Below are positions 22,391-36,000 of a stretch of DNA of 64,000 nt, in pieces. Numbering within the stretch: position 1 is the first letter of the stretch; every line of letters begins with the position of its first letter. The position numbers were made by a program, and so were the translations under genes. The DNA is from Lytechinus pictus (Eukaryota), in contig NC_087246.1 of NCBI RefSeq assembly GCF_037042905.1, positions 5,458,001 to 5,522,000 on the forward strand, written 5' to 3'. The notes beneath the pieces were generated by a model. It was not told the DNA's origin, did no database searches, and was given only the letters and a program-made list of their open reading frames with translations.

Positions 22391-23189
22391 TTGTGCAGCA
22401 TTTAAAGCTTATTTTCTTGTTAAGTGAGCCCTCCCCCCCAAAAAAAATAATAATAATAATGTGTATGTAGTCATTTGACATCACCAGGTTCATATATAAC
22501 TCATACCAGTGAAGAGTCATTCTTCACTAATGAAGGTCCAATGAAATATAATCAGCTTGATTATTGCAAAATGGGACAATTGAAATTGGACAATTATGTA
22601 TCTCTTGTGAGATCTAGGTATGCTTTTATGTATTATGTTCCAGTCATTTTATGTGAAGATGTGAGATGTTATAGAGTTTTGAGGATTCTTTCTGCAATGG
22701 TTCTTAGATTGTCCTCAAATTTGCCATTCTTTTGATAAGTCAATCTCTTGTTATCAATGTATTACTTCACTCTGGAAATTATATGTAATTCATGGTGTAC
22801 AGGTAGTTGCCACCGAAGTTCCTTACAGAAAGGCTTAATATCTCTGCCATGCACTGTTGCCACTTTTTCCTCTATTCTTGAGCAAGTCCGTAGTCTGGAA
22901 CCCCAACCAGCTTTCACCTGAAAAGTAGAATATCTTCAGGAAAGGTCATCACTCTACTAATATGATGCAGTCTGCCATGTTTATTCCCAACCAGCAATGC
23001 CTTATCATTTGATAATCCTGCAGAAACGTTGACAGGGACCATGGAAAAATCTACAAGGGCTTATGGGTATGTTTACCTTCTGATGATTTGAGAGAATGAC
23101 ATCCTACAAGCAAATTCTCCCAAGTGATATATATGGTTTGGTACTTGAACAGTAATGTTACTAAATACGACCCATTACAAACTTCTTGT

Positions 23190-24300
23190 GTTTATTTTGC
23201 ATAGCATTCCATGCTGCATGCTTTACTATACTGCCCCTTGGTATGGAAAGTATTGGCAGACATGAAACTGTGTCCCTTCTCAAGGTACTTTAGGATGATT
23301 TCTTGAGGACCAACTTCTCTATTAACTTGTGCTGTCATGGCTGTGTATAATGTCCAGGTTTTGTTTTGGCCCAGATTATCCGTGTAAAATGTGAACTTCA
23401 TTCTGACACAGAAGTTCACATTTATGATGTACTTGATAAAGGTACTGGCGACTTCCTCACCATTGCGGCCCAACATCGCTTCAGTCCAAAGTACTCTAAT
23501 GATGGGATCTTTTGTATTCTTCTTTCCACCTAGTGGAGCGAAAGTCATGTGAAATCGTACTAGCCTACGTGTGAAGAGACATGACTTTACTCCTGTCATA
23601 TATCGAAGCATAATGGTCGTATGGATATCCATGCTGTAGATGCTTCACCAATGTCTTTCTGTCTGTTTTTGTCAAATTTCATACCATGATCTGGCAATGC
23701 CTGCACGCTCTTTATCTTTTGCCCATTCTGCACATAATGCGTATGTCACGTCATCCCCATTGTGGCCCTTGTTTTCAACTTGACGTTCATATTTCATACA
23801 AGTCTCGCACACATCTTCCCCAAGTTTGGCAAAACTTACATCATTTCCCTGATCATTTTTCTATAAGTTTTGTTCCCACAGATCTTTGGGTGTTTGAGTG
23901 TAAAATTTTTTAACATGTCAGCTCGGAAGGCAAGTATTTTCGGAGAGGGGTATGTTCTCTGCGATAATGACTTAAAGCTGGTTGAAAGGATTTGATGTGG
24001 GATCCTATTAACTCCTTAACCATATTGGTTAGTTTATGAGCGGGATTATGATGGCCTCGTCTCATTTGGTGACAGGATTTTATCATTCTTGTAGCCAAGT
24101 GTGTGCAAGAAAAACACCTTGCAAACAAAGGCATCATTCCCATCATCTCTTGGAAGTTCATAATAGTGAGACATCTTCCTTCTGTTGCCATTATTTCCTC
24201 TCTTATTCATCCTTGATTGCTCCTGTGTTTTGATTTTTGAAAAGATCCAGGCTCTTCTTGCAGAATACTCCTGGTCCCAGAACTGTTTGTGAATGTTTAC
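23190..24300 (-). mobile_element. Sola-like DDD transposase relic
   Basis: FVCKVFFLHTLG; HIKSFQPALSHYRREHTPLRKYLPSELT; DVCETC; LWTEAMLGRNGEEVAS; YTDN.GQNK; KYLEKGHSFMSAN (Asn in place of the third catalytic Asp). Several frameshifts. Confidence 0.75.
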
Positions 24301-24751
24301 TTGTCTTTCTTCGGCTCTTTTGCTTAAACAGTTCTTGCTGCAGTCACATGGTAGAAAAAGTAGGTATTTGGCATTATCATGTTCTATTCTCTCCTTTGGT
24401 GTTCCTATTGGTTTATCTTTTGTCTCAGGCGGGTCTTAAATTTCTTTATACCTTTTCCGCAGAATCTTCATGTACTTGATGATGGAGTCCATACTTATAA
24501 GTATTTGGTACGAAACGTAACCCCTAACAATTATTCCTATCCGCAGACCTCAACACATAATGTTGGTAGTAGGAATGTTAAGGATGTTTTCTGGATGTTG
24601 GTGCTAAAAGCATACTCTTTGTCATACAGTCTCTTTATACATCCAAAGGTCTTCACTTTGTCACATCACAGCTCCTGGAAAACACAGTACACTTCTGAAT
24701 CGTCATTAAGTCTCTTTATACATCCAAAGGGCTTCACTTTGTCACATCACA

Positions 24752-26148
24752 GCTGGTAGACTTCTGATGGGAAGGTATCTCTGATCATTCTCACGGCGCA
24801 TGATGGAAGGGGGACCCGGACTGCTCATCCCAGGAAACCCCAGCACCAGCGGGCAAGTTGGCGGTAAGCCACATGACGGTTCTTCCTGCAAGTAGAGTGA
24901 AAAAAAAAAGTCATCTCAACAGAGTGAATGAATAAGGCTACCTTAAATAAAAACTAAATAAACAGCTGCGTAGTTTTGATAAATGGAAACTACGTAAACA
25001 TTAGGGGAGGTTATTTATTCAACTGAATTTTTTTTTGTAGTTCTTAAATCAATCAAATCAATCAAGTACCCATAATCCTTTCCAATTTCCCTAAAAAAAA
25101 GTAATCGTGCCCTAAAATAAACAAAACAAACTAGTTGATATATTTCATTTCCTTTACTGCTCTGATTCACATTTTAGCATATTTCATGAACATATACATA
25201 CTCATTCTTGCGCATCATTGCGACCTCCTCCATACTGCTGCCGGTAATGGTAATAGGCCGTCTCCAGCTAGCACCCAGGGGTTGAGACAAACCCCCTCAA
25301 AGCCTGGATGGTTTGTGATGCAATCCAGATCGTCGCCATTGAAAGAATCCATCTTCTGAACTACCTCTGGGATTTCTTTGCAGCAAACACACTCCCGGAC
25401 AATGGGCATTGGAGCAAAGTCCCCACTGCATGATCACCTATAAATATAATACAAGAAAATTAAGAGACAGTTGCAAACAAATTCATTGCTTTTCTCTTCT
25501 CTTTCTTTCTTCTCTTTTCTTTTTTAATTACCATATTTGGATTTAAAGTCCAGGAAGAGAATCTCAATATTAAATTCAGGGCTTTAATGGACGCTAGAAA
25601 CCTTAGAGATGATTTTTTGCTGCAATAACAATTGTGTGCATGAACATGTGGACACTCTCTGATCTTGACGCAAATCACCTTCTACCGGCACAGCCATCAG
25701 CTGCGGAGCCCATTGTTCACCGGGTCCGAATCGTCCTGCAAACGGCAAAGTAAGTTGAACGCTAGCCGAATTTATGGCCAAGCTTATACAGCCTTCGCTC
25801 TGACATGGGCTGTCCGGGAAAGAAGGCGGCGAGTTGCGGTCAATTTTTTCGAAATTATTCCGATGTTAAATGAGCAGAGAATTCCGTGGCAAACAAAAAG
25901 TAAGTTAATATAAGTATTGGAAAGCATGAAAGTTCAGAATTGACGTACCAGAAATTGTTATCAAGTCTTTCTTGACGTAGGTTGTCGACTACAACTTCTT
26001 CCACCTCCTCATCTGATCCTTCCTCCGGCTCGAATCTGTATGGTGCAATCCCCTCAATTTCATCATCAGAACTGCTACCTGAATCTGATGAGTCTGTATA
26101 CGAGTACTCAGACCCTGAATCAACGTCTGAAGAATCTGATGATGGCAT
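24752..26148 (-). pseudogene. P2X7 ballast-domain/KolX-like gene, 3 exons, disrupted
   Basis: Exons 26148-25949, 25437-25202 and 24885-~24752 give PYRFEP...RLDNNFW*SC..PMP..ECVCCKE..CITNHPGF..VCLN.WVL..RHVAYRQLARWCWGFLG*..RVPLPSCAVRMIRDTFPSEVY. Two in-frame stops plus frameshifts. Confidence 0.85.
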
Positions 26149-26487
26149 GATAGCTCAAAAATACCAAAAAAATGGAAGTAATTGGAAGAAATATTAGTCC
26201 AAAAAAAATTGAGTAGCAAGCGAGCGTGTACGAAATAAAGCTGAATAGTGTACCCGGAAAAGTCAGGCAAACACAAGCGATCGTTCTTCAGGTGACATCA
26301 CAATGATTGACAGCTCGATTTGCAGATTTTTCTCAAAAATAAAGTGGGCGTTCCCGTTGAAGTTCATTTTCAAGGAATTAATCGAAACCTGTAAGCCATG
26401 TGAGGAAAACGACAGATTCGTGTTTTACACGAAAAACTACATTAGGAAAATCCTTCTAAAATAAATGATTTCTGTGTCATGGAACCT
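24752..26487 (-). mobile_element. Truncated Kolobok transposon carrying the KolX-like gene
   Basis: Minus-strand terminus TTAA|AGGttccatgacac at 26491-26470 is a typical Kolobok end (TTAA target, AGG start), ~340 bp upstream of the KolX-like ATG. The other end is lost. Confidence 0.65.
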
Positions 26488-26740
26488 TTAAAGGACAAGT
26501 CCACCCTAAAAAAAGTTGATTTTGATAAAAAGAGAAAAATCTAACAAGCATAACGCTGAAAATTACACTTACTATGGCACCAAGAAAGTAGAATACTCGC
26601 ACTTTCATCCAATAAAGATCGCATCATATTCTCTTTGGGGGGGGGACAATTCACCTCATCTGATTATTTAATGTCTATAAAAATTATTTTAAAAGGCATC
26701 TGAAATGTTGTGATTATGCACAGAAGAGGGGAATGTTTAA

Positions 26741-27334
26741 AGGGGAATCCAACCCAAATAAAAACTTGTTTTTATAAGGAAAAGAAAAATCAGACAAGTT
26801 GATTGGTGAAAGTTTGAACAATATTGGACAAACAACAAGAAAGTTATGAATTTTTAAAAGTTGTAAATATTGGTAATCACTATAACCATGGATACTTCAA
26901 ATTGGCCGCATATGGGATGTCATAGTGATGTAAGGCAAGGACTACTCTTCCATGTACTCCAATACATATTATGGCTAAAATGTCATTTTCCCCCAAAGTT
27001 TTATTTTAAATTATATTTTTCTTTCATGAGGACATAAAACAATATACTACCTGGGTTATATTTAGATTACTGCCCCAGGGGAATGGGTACTTAGGAGAAA
27101 ACCACAAATCCCTGATAATAATGTACATGGCCTATGGGAAAGTTGTCCTTGCCCCTTGTCATAATTTACTTACACAGTTGCCAATTTGAAATCTACATAG
27201 TATTAGTGATCTCAATTTTAAAGCAGCTATAACTTTCTTATTGCTTGTCCAATTTCTTTCAAACTTTCACCGTTCTGTTTATTTTTTTTTCTTCTTCCCA
27301 ACACAACATTTTATGGCCAAGGCTGGATTCCCCT
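26741..27334. mobile_element. Kolobok-type MITE with TTAA TSD
   Basis: TTAA|aggggaatcca ... tggattcccct|TTAA. Confidence 0.85.
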
Positions 27335-27854
27335 TTAAAAATCATTTTCATGGTCTAAAATAAATCCTTTTCATAGTCTAAAAAACAGTGCCCTATACAA
27401 TTCTACAAGGTTAGCATTAAAGATTATCGAGATGTTATACAGCGCATCTGTGTCAAAATAGCACTGAAGAAAATTTAAAGGACAAGCAATGTGTATTGGT
27501 CAAATAAATGAAATGTTTCTTGTTTTGCCTGCATAGCAGAGCGAGACGAAGGCACCATTTTTCTGCTGCTAATTTTCAGCAGCAGCGCCGCGGCGGAAGA
27601 TGGAATCTTTTAATTTGTATAGGATACCAATACATTTAGATACTTAATGAGTGACTTTTTGTACATGGGTGTCCCTTTGCATATTATAATTGATATATAC
27701 ACCAAGAAAATTAGCACTTTTTACTATATTAATTGGAATTTTGTCAATTTAAAGTAAATAAATCATTTAACGAATTAGTAATGAAGCTGGTCTTGCATCC
27801 AGAGAGCCGAAAAGTGCCCGATATGCCTTTAGGTTATTAGCAGAAATTATAGAC

Positions 27855-28180
27855 CTAGAAGATGTTCTTTATGCCCTTGTTTTTAAAGTCTGTTTTCTTA
27901 TTGTTGTAGATGATTTCATTCACTCTTAAAAATTCAACCATGTCCTCATCTTCCTCCTCTGTAAGCATCACATGCAACCTCTCTTTCTTCAACTTCTTGG
28001 GTGGCTGTTTCAATGCTTCATTCTCTGCTTTCTCCTTCATCTTCTTCTTCACCTCCTTGTCCTACATGTAGGTACTAAAATTTGTGCTACTTCTTCATTC
28101 TCTACCTTGACAACATCCACCTCCTCCTCAATAGTTTCGCCTCTCGATCTCTCTGATGATCTTTTTGAGGGAGCAATTTT
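27855..28180 (-). pseudogene. MADF/Myb-SANT DNA-binding fragment, probably PIF/Harbinger-derived
   Basis: LTEEEDEDMVEFLRVNEIIYNNKKTDFKNKGIKNIF* fits the MADF pattern and stops where the conserved Trp is expected. Confidence 0.55.
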
Positions 28181-29100
28181 TCAGCGAACTTTCCAGTGAA
28201 TCGGCTGTGTCCCTTTTATAGTGGCGATATTTGCGTAAATAGTCTGGAAACTCCCCCTCTGTTTTTTTTTTTTTTCATGGGGGGCACATCTGCCCCAGCA
28301 CAAGCACACAGTTTTGTGGGTTTTTTTTGTAAATGTGTACACAAAAGTGAAAATAATCATCAATTTCTGAGTTTATGCATGTTCATGATATTGTAGAATC
28401 TACACCTTCCCCCATTTTTATCTCAGTTCCCCAGTTTCATAATCGTTCCGTGGCCTCTAACATTTTCAGCCAAAGTAAAACTATAATGTTAGCCACATCC
28501 ATTTCATTACGGTATATCTTTACATTTGCATACATTGTTCAACTGTCTAACCACTTAAAGGAAACTTCTAAACCGACCAGCTGACGATAAAAAAAGACAA
28601 AGCAGAGAACATCAGAATTTCGGCTCTCCGAAAATACTTCATTCTACGATAATGAACATTACTTCAAGAAAAAACAGGAATTTACGAGGAAAATAAAGTT
28701 GACTAAGTTACGCTAATCTGGTTCAAAAGCGAAAAAAGGTCAGTAATATGAGAGTTACGTGTAAATTTCTCTTCAAATGCCATCGTTTCTCTACACGGGA
28801 ACCCCTTCGATCTGTGTACAAAGTCCTGTGTTCTATTTCCTGCGCGTATTCAGTGCATATATACACTACTGCGTTTGCTGCGCATCGGAAAACATTGTGA
28901 CGTCATAATTAGCCTGCTCTCTGAGCACTGACAGGATTGAGTGTTGTAGGATGATGGCTTAATTTAAGACAAGCATAGAGAACGTAGAGAGAGAGAGAGC
29001 GGTGAAGGTCTGGGACCACATTGGTATTTCTTGTAGGATATTCATATTGTTTGGAACATACCTTGTGAATATTTCTACAATATTTACTTGCAAACTTGTG

Positions 29101-30080
29101 CTACGCATTGAAGCCGCCCTCGTTGACGTTATATATCAAGTCTGCTCTCATTTCCAGGCTGTACTTTTTGATGGTAGCTTCCAGCTTCTTGAAGTAGCTG
29201 TTTACCACTTCCTCCTGGGAGCTCTTTGCCCTCGACATCGAAAGCGCGGCTGGCCTCACTAGCCTGATCCTTGGCCAGCTCCTTATGAACCCTCTGAACC
29301 GGTTGTTGGTGAGGAAGTGCCTGATGCACGGGCGCTCATTAAATCTGTCTAGTTTTCTTGCCAAATTTGAAGCAAGGGAGATTACCTACGTGAAAATAAA
29401 ACAAGAGAATAAAATATTGTTATTATGATTTATTTCAATAAAAACTTAAATATATATACATGTATATAAAAAAGTTGTATGTATCATTGACATTGAGCTG
29501 TTTCATAAAAAAATACATTATGAAATTGTTATATTCAAATTGGCTCATATTTTATTTTCATACTTGCCGCGTTAAAAGTCTATTGAATTGAATTGAATTG
29601 AATTTATTAACAAACTTCATTCATATGGCATGAATATTTTGTTTTAAAATATATACAATGATAACAAACAAAAACATTCATAACTGTATGTCGTATAAAT
29701 CAGTAATACATCAATACATAGATTTCCAATTATTATAAAGATATACATCTATATACAAAGAGAAATGATGAATTGAAATTTAACATAAAGAATGTTAGGG
29801 TTACCAGAGTATCAAGCCTACTTACTTGAGGACAGGAGAGCCCGTATCCTTTATCTGCCAGGTGAAGAATGTGGTCCACCAACTTCTGCTCCTCTTCTCT
29901 TTTCAAGAGGGGTATGTCTCCTTTGCCAACACGCTTGTACTTCGTCATGAAATCGTGCAGCGAAGATTTAGGAAGACTGCACTTTATAGCAGCTTTTCTC
30001 ACCGATTCTCCATCATTAACCAGCCTGGTGGCAGCATCATACTTTTCTGAACGTTGCAAGAAACGTTGAGGATTCTTCAT
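29101..30080 (-). mobile_element. pogo/CENP-B-like transposase relic (N-terminal half, with introns)
   Basis: HTH GESVRKAAIKCSLPKSSLHD; LLKREEEQKLVDHILHLADKGYG; FRGFIRSWPRIRLVRPAALSMSRAK..YFKKL..IYNVNEGGF (Asn in place of the first catalytic Asp). Truncated after this motif. Confidence 0.85.
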
Positions 30081-33000
30081 GTGAGAAAAGGAGAGTAAAA
30101 TTTGATTAAATAAAGAATAATAAAAATACATATCGAACTCACATTTGTTTATCTGTCATTATATATATTGACCCCCAGCTCCTGCGCCGGTCACAGACAC
30201 ACTAAAATTAGCACAGTCAGCACTACTACTCTCAAACTTAATTATCACCACCATCATCATCACCCCTGCCACCACCATTATAATAATCATCATCATCACC
30301 ACCCTTATCATTATCATCATCATCATTGAAGAACAATTTATATATAAAAATTATTATTTAACAAATAATAAAATTTGAATTTTAATAATTATTATTATAA
30401 TCATTTATAATCAAAATTCAAATTTTATTTTGTTAAATAATAATTCCTATCTATAAGTTGTTCTTCAAAACGACATTTTGTAACATCGCTCATCGAAACT
30501 ACATCATAACAAAGCGGTTCAAGGGTCAAGCCTATTGTATTTGTGGTGTTTACAAATGGATACACGAGATTGGTCTGGTAAAGAAACCTCTCATTTTTCA
30601 TATTTTTTTCAACTTAGAGATTTTTCACACCTTCATACGCATTAGGCGTATGATGGTTTATAGCTAAATAAAATCAAGCAATATAAATCGATTTCTAATT
30701 CTAAAGATGGGTTTCCTTGGGAAATTCGTCCGTGTTAACAAGTCTCGCTTGATGTAAAAATATATGTAAAAATATTTTTTTAAATAATTTCACCTAAGTT
30801 GGACAGATTTCTGTGGTTTTGATTCATTCAACTTTTAATATGCAGATTTACTTGTATCTTTGAAAATGATTAATTGCATTGTGTGCTACAAATGTTTGTA
30901 AGATAAAGAGGCAATTCAGATTTGCAATTTGATTTGAAACTTGAATAAACAAAATAAACGAAAGTAAAAGTGACCAGCAAAGAAATGGAAGCTTTTAAGA
31001 TATTTATTCTTCAATCTTTAATAAGGGGAAAGTGGATTGGGTAATCTTTTGGAATTGCCACATGTGCCATAATTAAAACTGTATTTTGAAAGCTGATAAA
31101 TATGTTTAGTACACATCTGTATATAAACATGTTCTACCACATGTACAAATGTATTGACAAAAAAATGATCTAAGCTGCATGTACATGTATATTGTCCATC
31201 CGTGGAGCGCTTGAGAAAATATTTTTGCTAATTCAAGCACAGAGGCAATAGAGGAATAACATGATTTTTTTATTACTGATACAATAATTATATTGTGGTC
31301 TGTTGAATTAAATATATGTGTTAGGGAATGTTTTATATTTTGTGATGAAAACTATTCAAATAATGGTGAAAATGGACTTGAATTTCCTGTTGAAATTAAA
31401 AACATGAAAAAAAAAATTATTTTGTGATTTGTAGTCTCTCTTTTTTTTATTAGATTTCCTTCCATTATCTGCCTTTTTCTTCTCTCTTTCTTTCTTTCTC
31501 TTACCCTACATCCCCTACTTTTTCATCCTCTTCTGCTTTCCAACTTTTTTTCTCAGATTTTTTAAAATCATTCTCTATAGATGTGTAATGTTATACAAAT
31601 AGCGAATAAGCATGAGTGCGATGGTGCGAGATTTTGCACGAGGTGAAAGAAAGATGCTCTATTAACGCCGAGTTGAATAGAGCTCTTTCTTTCACTGAAT
31701 GCGAAATCTCGCACCAATGCACAAATAAGAATATTCGCTATTTGTGTTGTACAACGCCTCGAAATCTAGCGAAAATATGAAAAACAAGGGTTTTTCCCTC
31801 CATTAATCTATGAAAAGGGAACAAAAATATTGAAAGCTAAAAGCAAAATTTCACAAGCGCACATGACCTTGGGCAGAATTGCGCATTTAGCCATCAGGCT
31901 ATACGCGTATTGCACCTTCATTTTTACTTGGGACCATTTCATTAATTCCTTGAAGTTATGAATGGCTTCAGTGGCGGATCTAGGTAGGGACACATCCAGC
32001 CCCCCCCCCCCCCCCCTTGAGAGCCATATTTGTTAGGGGAATATGTGATGCATATGCAAGGACCTTTTTTTGCTTGTCATTTTTTTCCTGACATTCTGTT
32101 CATCACCATTAATTGGGAGTGAAAAATCTTCTTTTTATTGGTGGGGGTGCTTTAAAAAAAAATTCTGTACAAAAATGCCCCCCCCCCCCCCTTAGAAAAT
32201 CCTGTATATGCCCCTGAATGGCTTTACACATGACTGGTGACCCTTCCCATATGTAGCTGACTTGGCATTTAAGAACATGCTCCAGATGTGCACTATTTCA
32301 TGCGTAACTTATGAATGGCTTTATGAAATACCACACAGATTTTAGACTGTTACTTTAGGCACCTTACAAGAAGTTTTTTGCTGCATCTTTTAGCAGGGAT
32401 ATCCCTAAGCTATGATTCTTACATTCCACATTGTCTTTAAAGAAATATGAGAATTGGAGATGAAAAATGTGTGTGTGTAATGAAAAGACATGACTGTGAC
32501 TTCTTGAAAAATGCTCTACTTAACACTCTAGGATCTACAAATAAATTAATCAACTCATAATCGTTGTTATTAGTAGTGCTCTTTATTGCAATACATTTCC
32601 TGATCTCCAACACACATCTTTTATTTAGTTAAAGCTCATAAACTACAAACTGAATGTCCGAAATCACAATGGATGCATGATTGATTAAATCTATGCATAC
32701 TTTACCCTCAGACCAATGGTGCGTTTGGCATACAGTAGTGTTTTATGAAGCAAATAGTCTGTGATTTCCATTGATTTGCTCTGAGCCAATCAGATGCAAT
32801 GATTACGGTAGCTTATAACAAGTAATCAATGAAAACACCGACTTGTTTCACAAGATGTTACCCAGGTGTGACTTCTATTACCAAATTTGTCAGAACATTG
32901 GGAACATTCCGTATTAAAACTCACTACAGTGCAGTGATCATTTGATCAATAAGATTACACATCTTCATAAAGCATATATGTCACATATTTGTGAAAGAGC

Positions 33001-36000
33001 CCCCAGGTTTAATCTTTCATTAAGATCTTACTTTTCAATTTTGCCCAACATTGTTCATACTCTGCTTTTCTCAAGTGCATTAAAATTTTCAGGTTTTATG
33101 AAAATAAATACAAATATAATATCTGATATTAAGATCAGGTACATGTACAGTACTTCTAATCAAAACCCAAATTGATAAACTTATATAAGGAGCAAGCTCC
33201 TCAGTGATGCATTCCAACTTTCATATTTTTTATTTTGGTCATCATTTCATAGAAAAGTCTACCAATTCTCCCTGATATCAGGCATTTTATTTCAGGAACT
33301 TTTATTAGTGATACATCACTTGCTTGCATTGATATACATCAAAATAATGTTTGTGTGGAATAAACTAAGTAAAATTATTACTGGAAATGATAACATTTCT
33401 AAACACTCACTCATCCCAGTCAAAAATAATTGAAAACTCAACAATACATGTAGAACAGTTCAGTAGTGAAAATCAAAATTGGACTGATTCCATTGTCAAT
33501 AGTGTGATAAAGATATATAATAGAAAAGCTGATTTTTTTATACGCAACATACTACTATCATAAACCCACTTTGTTTACTTTTCATTTGGTCTCACTCTCA
33601 GCAGCAAATTGGCCATGACGTCATCGTCTAAAACAAATCTAATTGCTCAAATTATAAAAATTAGCAAAATTGCAGAAAGATTTGCCATGTCAAATATCTG
33701 AGATTTGGCCTGCGATCCTACTGCAACAAAGCTGGTTGCAGTTGCAGTGCATTGTAGGTTGGCGCACTCTGATTTTGTTGCAATGGGATCTTGGTGAAAT
33801 CGCTTCGCATAGTGTGCGCTGGGCTTAATTCATCTACAACCAATTTGTATACCAAAAAATTTATGTCTCATTGCCACTCAGCCAATTTACCATTTGGTCT
33901 AATATCCAGTTATGATGCATTCATTTTGTCTGATATCCACTTGGTCTAACATCATGTAGCCTGCAAAATTAGATAAACTGTTCATTTACTAAATTTTCAT
34001 TCAACAAAGTGCAAAAAGAAATTTGAAATAGACTACATGTAAGTTGAAATTAGAACATCTGGCATTAATTAGACTAAGTGACAGTTAGACCAAATGATGG
34101 TTGAACCATGTCATAATGCGACAAATTCATGGTTAACCTAGTAGACCTGAGCATTAATAGTAGACCAAGTATATTAAACTATATTTAAAAATTGCCAACA
34201 CAAAGATGTCAGTGCAAATTTGAACTCAGTACAATAAAGTATGTCTCAGGCTTTGACAATTTTCTTCTTTGTTTAAAAGGATATCCTTGTTTTAACAAAG
34301 GGCTAACATTGATTAATGTAATGCAATACTATTGACAAGGTGAATTCAGAAAAAAATGAGAAATATGCATTTATCTATAAATATTTGAGCACAATTAATA
34401 TTCCACTGACCCATTTATAAATATTCTTTGGATTGAGTTTGTTTCTATGGTTACCATATTGTATTGCATTCTAGATAATCATTGCCACTGGGTGTATTTC
34501 AATGTACAACATAGTTCCCAGTTTCACTTTTCTTATAAAATTGGTGATTGAATATCGAAGATCATATCCTCAAATATTCAGCCCATTGCATACATATAAA
34601 TGAGGAAACATTTCTTTTCATAATAGTAGTATGACATACACTATTATATAATTTAATAGTGAACTGGAACAGTGATGACCACTTTTAGAGGATGAACCAA
34701 AATAAAAAATAAAAAAGTTCACCAACAAATACAATATTTTGAAAAAATTAACCAAAATGGTTAACCATTTATAATGTAGGGGTTCCTTACATGAATATGT
34801 GTAAAATAATCTTTGTGAATTAGACCAACTAGTATAACAACTCATTGCGATAGACTCATTAATTAAATTGCTAAGTAACAAACATATATAAGAAAAATCA
34901 TAAAATAGCACACAAATTTAAGAATAAATCAAAGATACATGTAGCATCAAAATTATATTTAAAAAAAAAAATCAATACCTGTACAATGATAAATCACCCA
35001 CATTAGGCCTAAATATATATCGAATAAGTTGAGGACTGCCCCATGCGACCTTTGTTAGCATTTACCGATATATATTTACTAATTTTATGTGATTGCTTTG
35101 TCCATTTAAAATCAAAATTGGCTTGGACCTATGCCAGCTATCATGGGGCATCTAACCTGATTATTGAATGAAATCAGATCAAAATTCTAAGTATTCTTTC
35201 TTTTACACACCTTGATAGAGAAAGGTAGGGGGGGCAAGGCAACCTAATGTTCAATTGTTTTTTTTTCTCAATCGAAAAGAGAAACAAAAAGTTAAATAAC
35301 CCAGATCTCTCTTTTTGATACTCTTTCTTTTTAATTTCCTTTAATTCTTCCTCTTTCGTTGTTTCCTTCACTACTTGGGGATAATGGGGATGGTGACCCC
35401 GCTTGCTGAGAAAGCACTGTCCCTGAAGAAAGGCACATATTATTTTCCAAAGAATATTAACCCTGCCAGCAGAAAGTGAAATGGTTTCCTGTACAAATTC
35501 TATTTAGATAAAAAAAATCAAGTGGTCAACTGGTTAATGCCAGGCAGACATTGCATTCTTGGACTAAAGGCCAAATAAAAGAGACAAACGACCTTGCCGC
35601 CACGTTGAAATGAGTGTGTTGTTTCTCTTCATCACAATTCAGTGCATACTTGTAAAATAATGCTTAAGACTACTTTAAAAGTCACCGACGGTGTCATATT
35701 TGGAAAAAGTCATCACCTCCTTTAAAAACACAGTTGTCTACCAGCGTATTGCTGCGATGATACAATTATCTTGAGCAATTAAATATAATTGGATCTCTCC
35801 GTCTTCATAGAAGCAGAAAAAATAATGAGCACAAGTACTAAAATTAAATTTGATGTTTACCAGTATCGGATATCTGAGGAAAGCAAAATTTAAATGTGAG
35901 AATAGTAGTCTTCTACTTTCCTTGAAAATTTGGTAAGGAGCTAAACAAGCACATCAATTTAACCATACCACGCTTAAAATTTTAGTATTTATAATTTGTA

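Noticed and set aside
25434..25436. In-frame TGA at a Cys position in the KolX-like gene read as selenocysteine
   Set aside because: The same gene has another stop, frameshifts and a truncation, so ordinary decay explains it.
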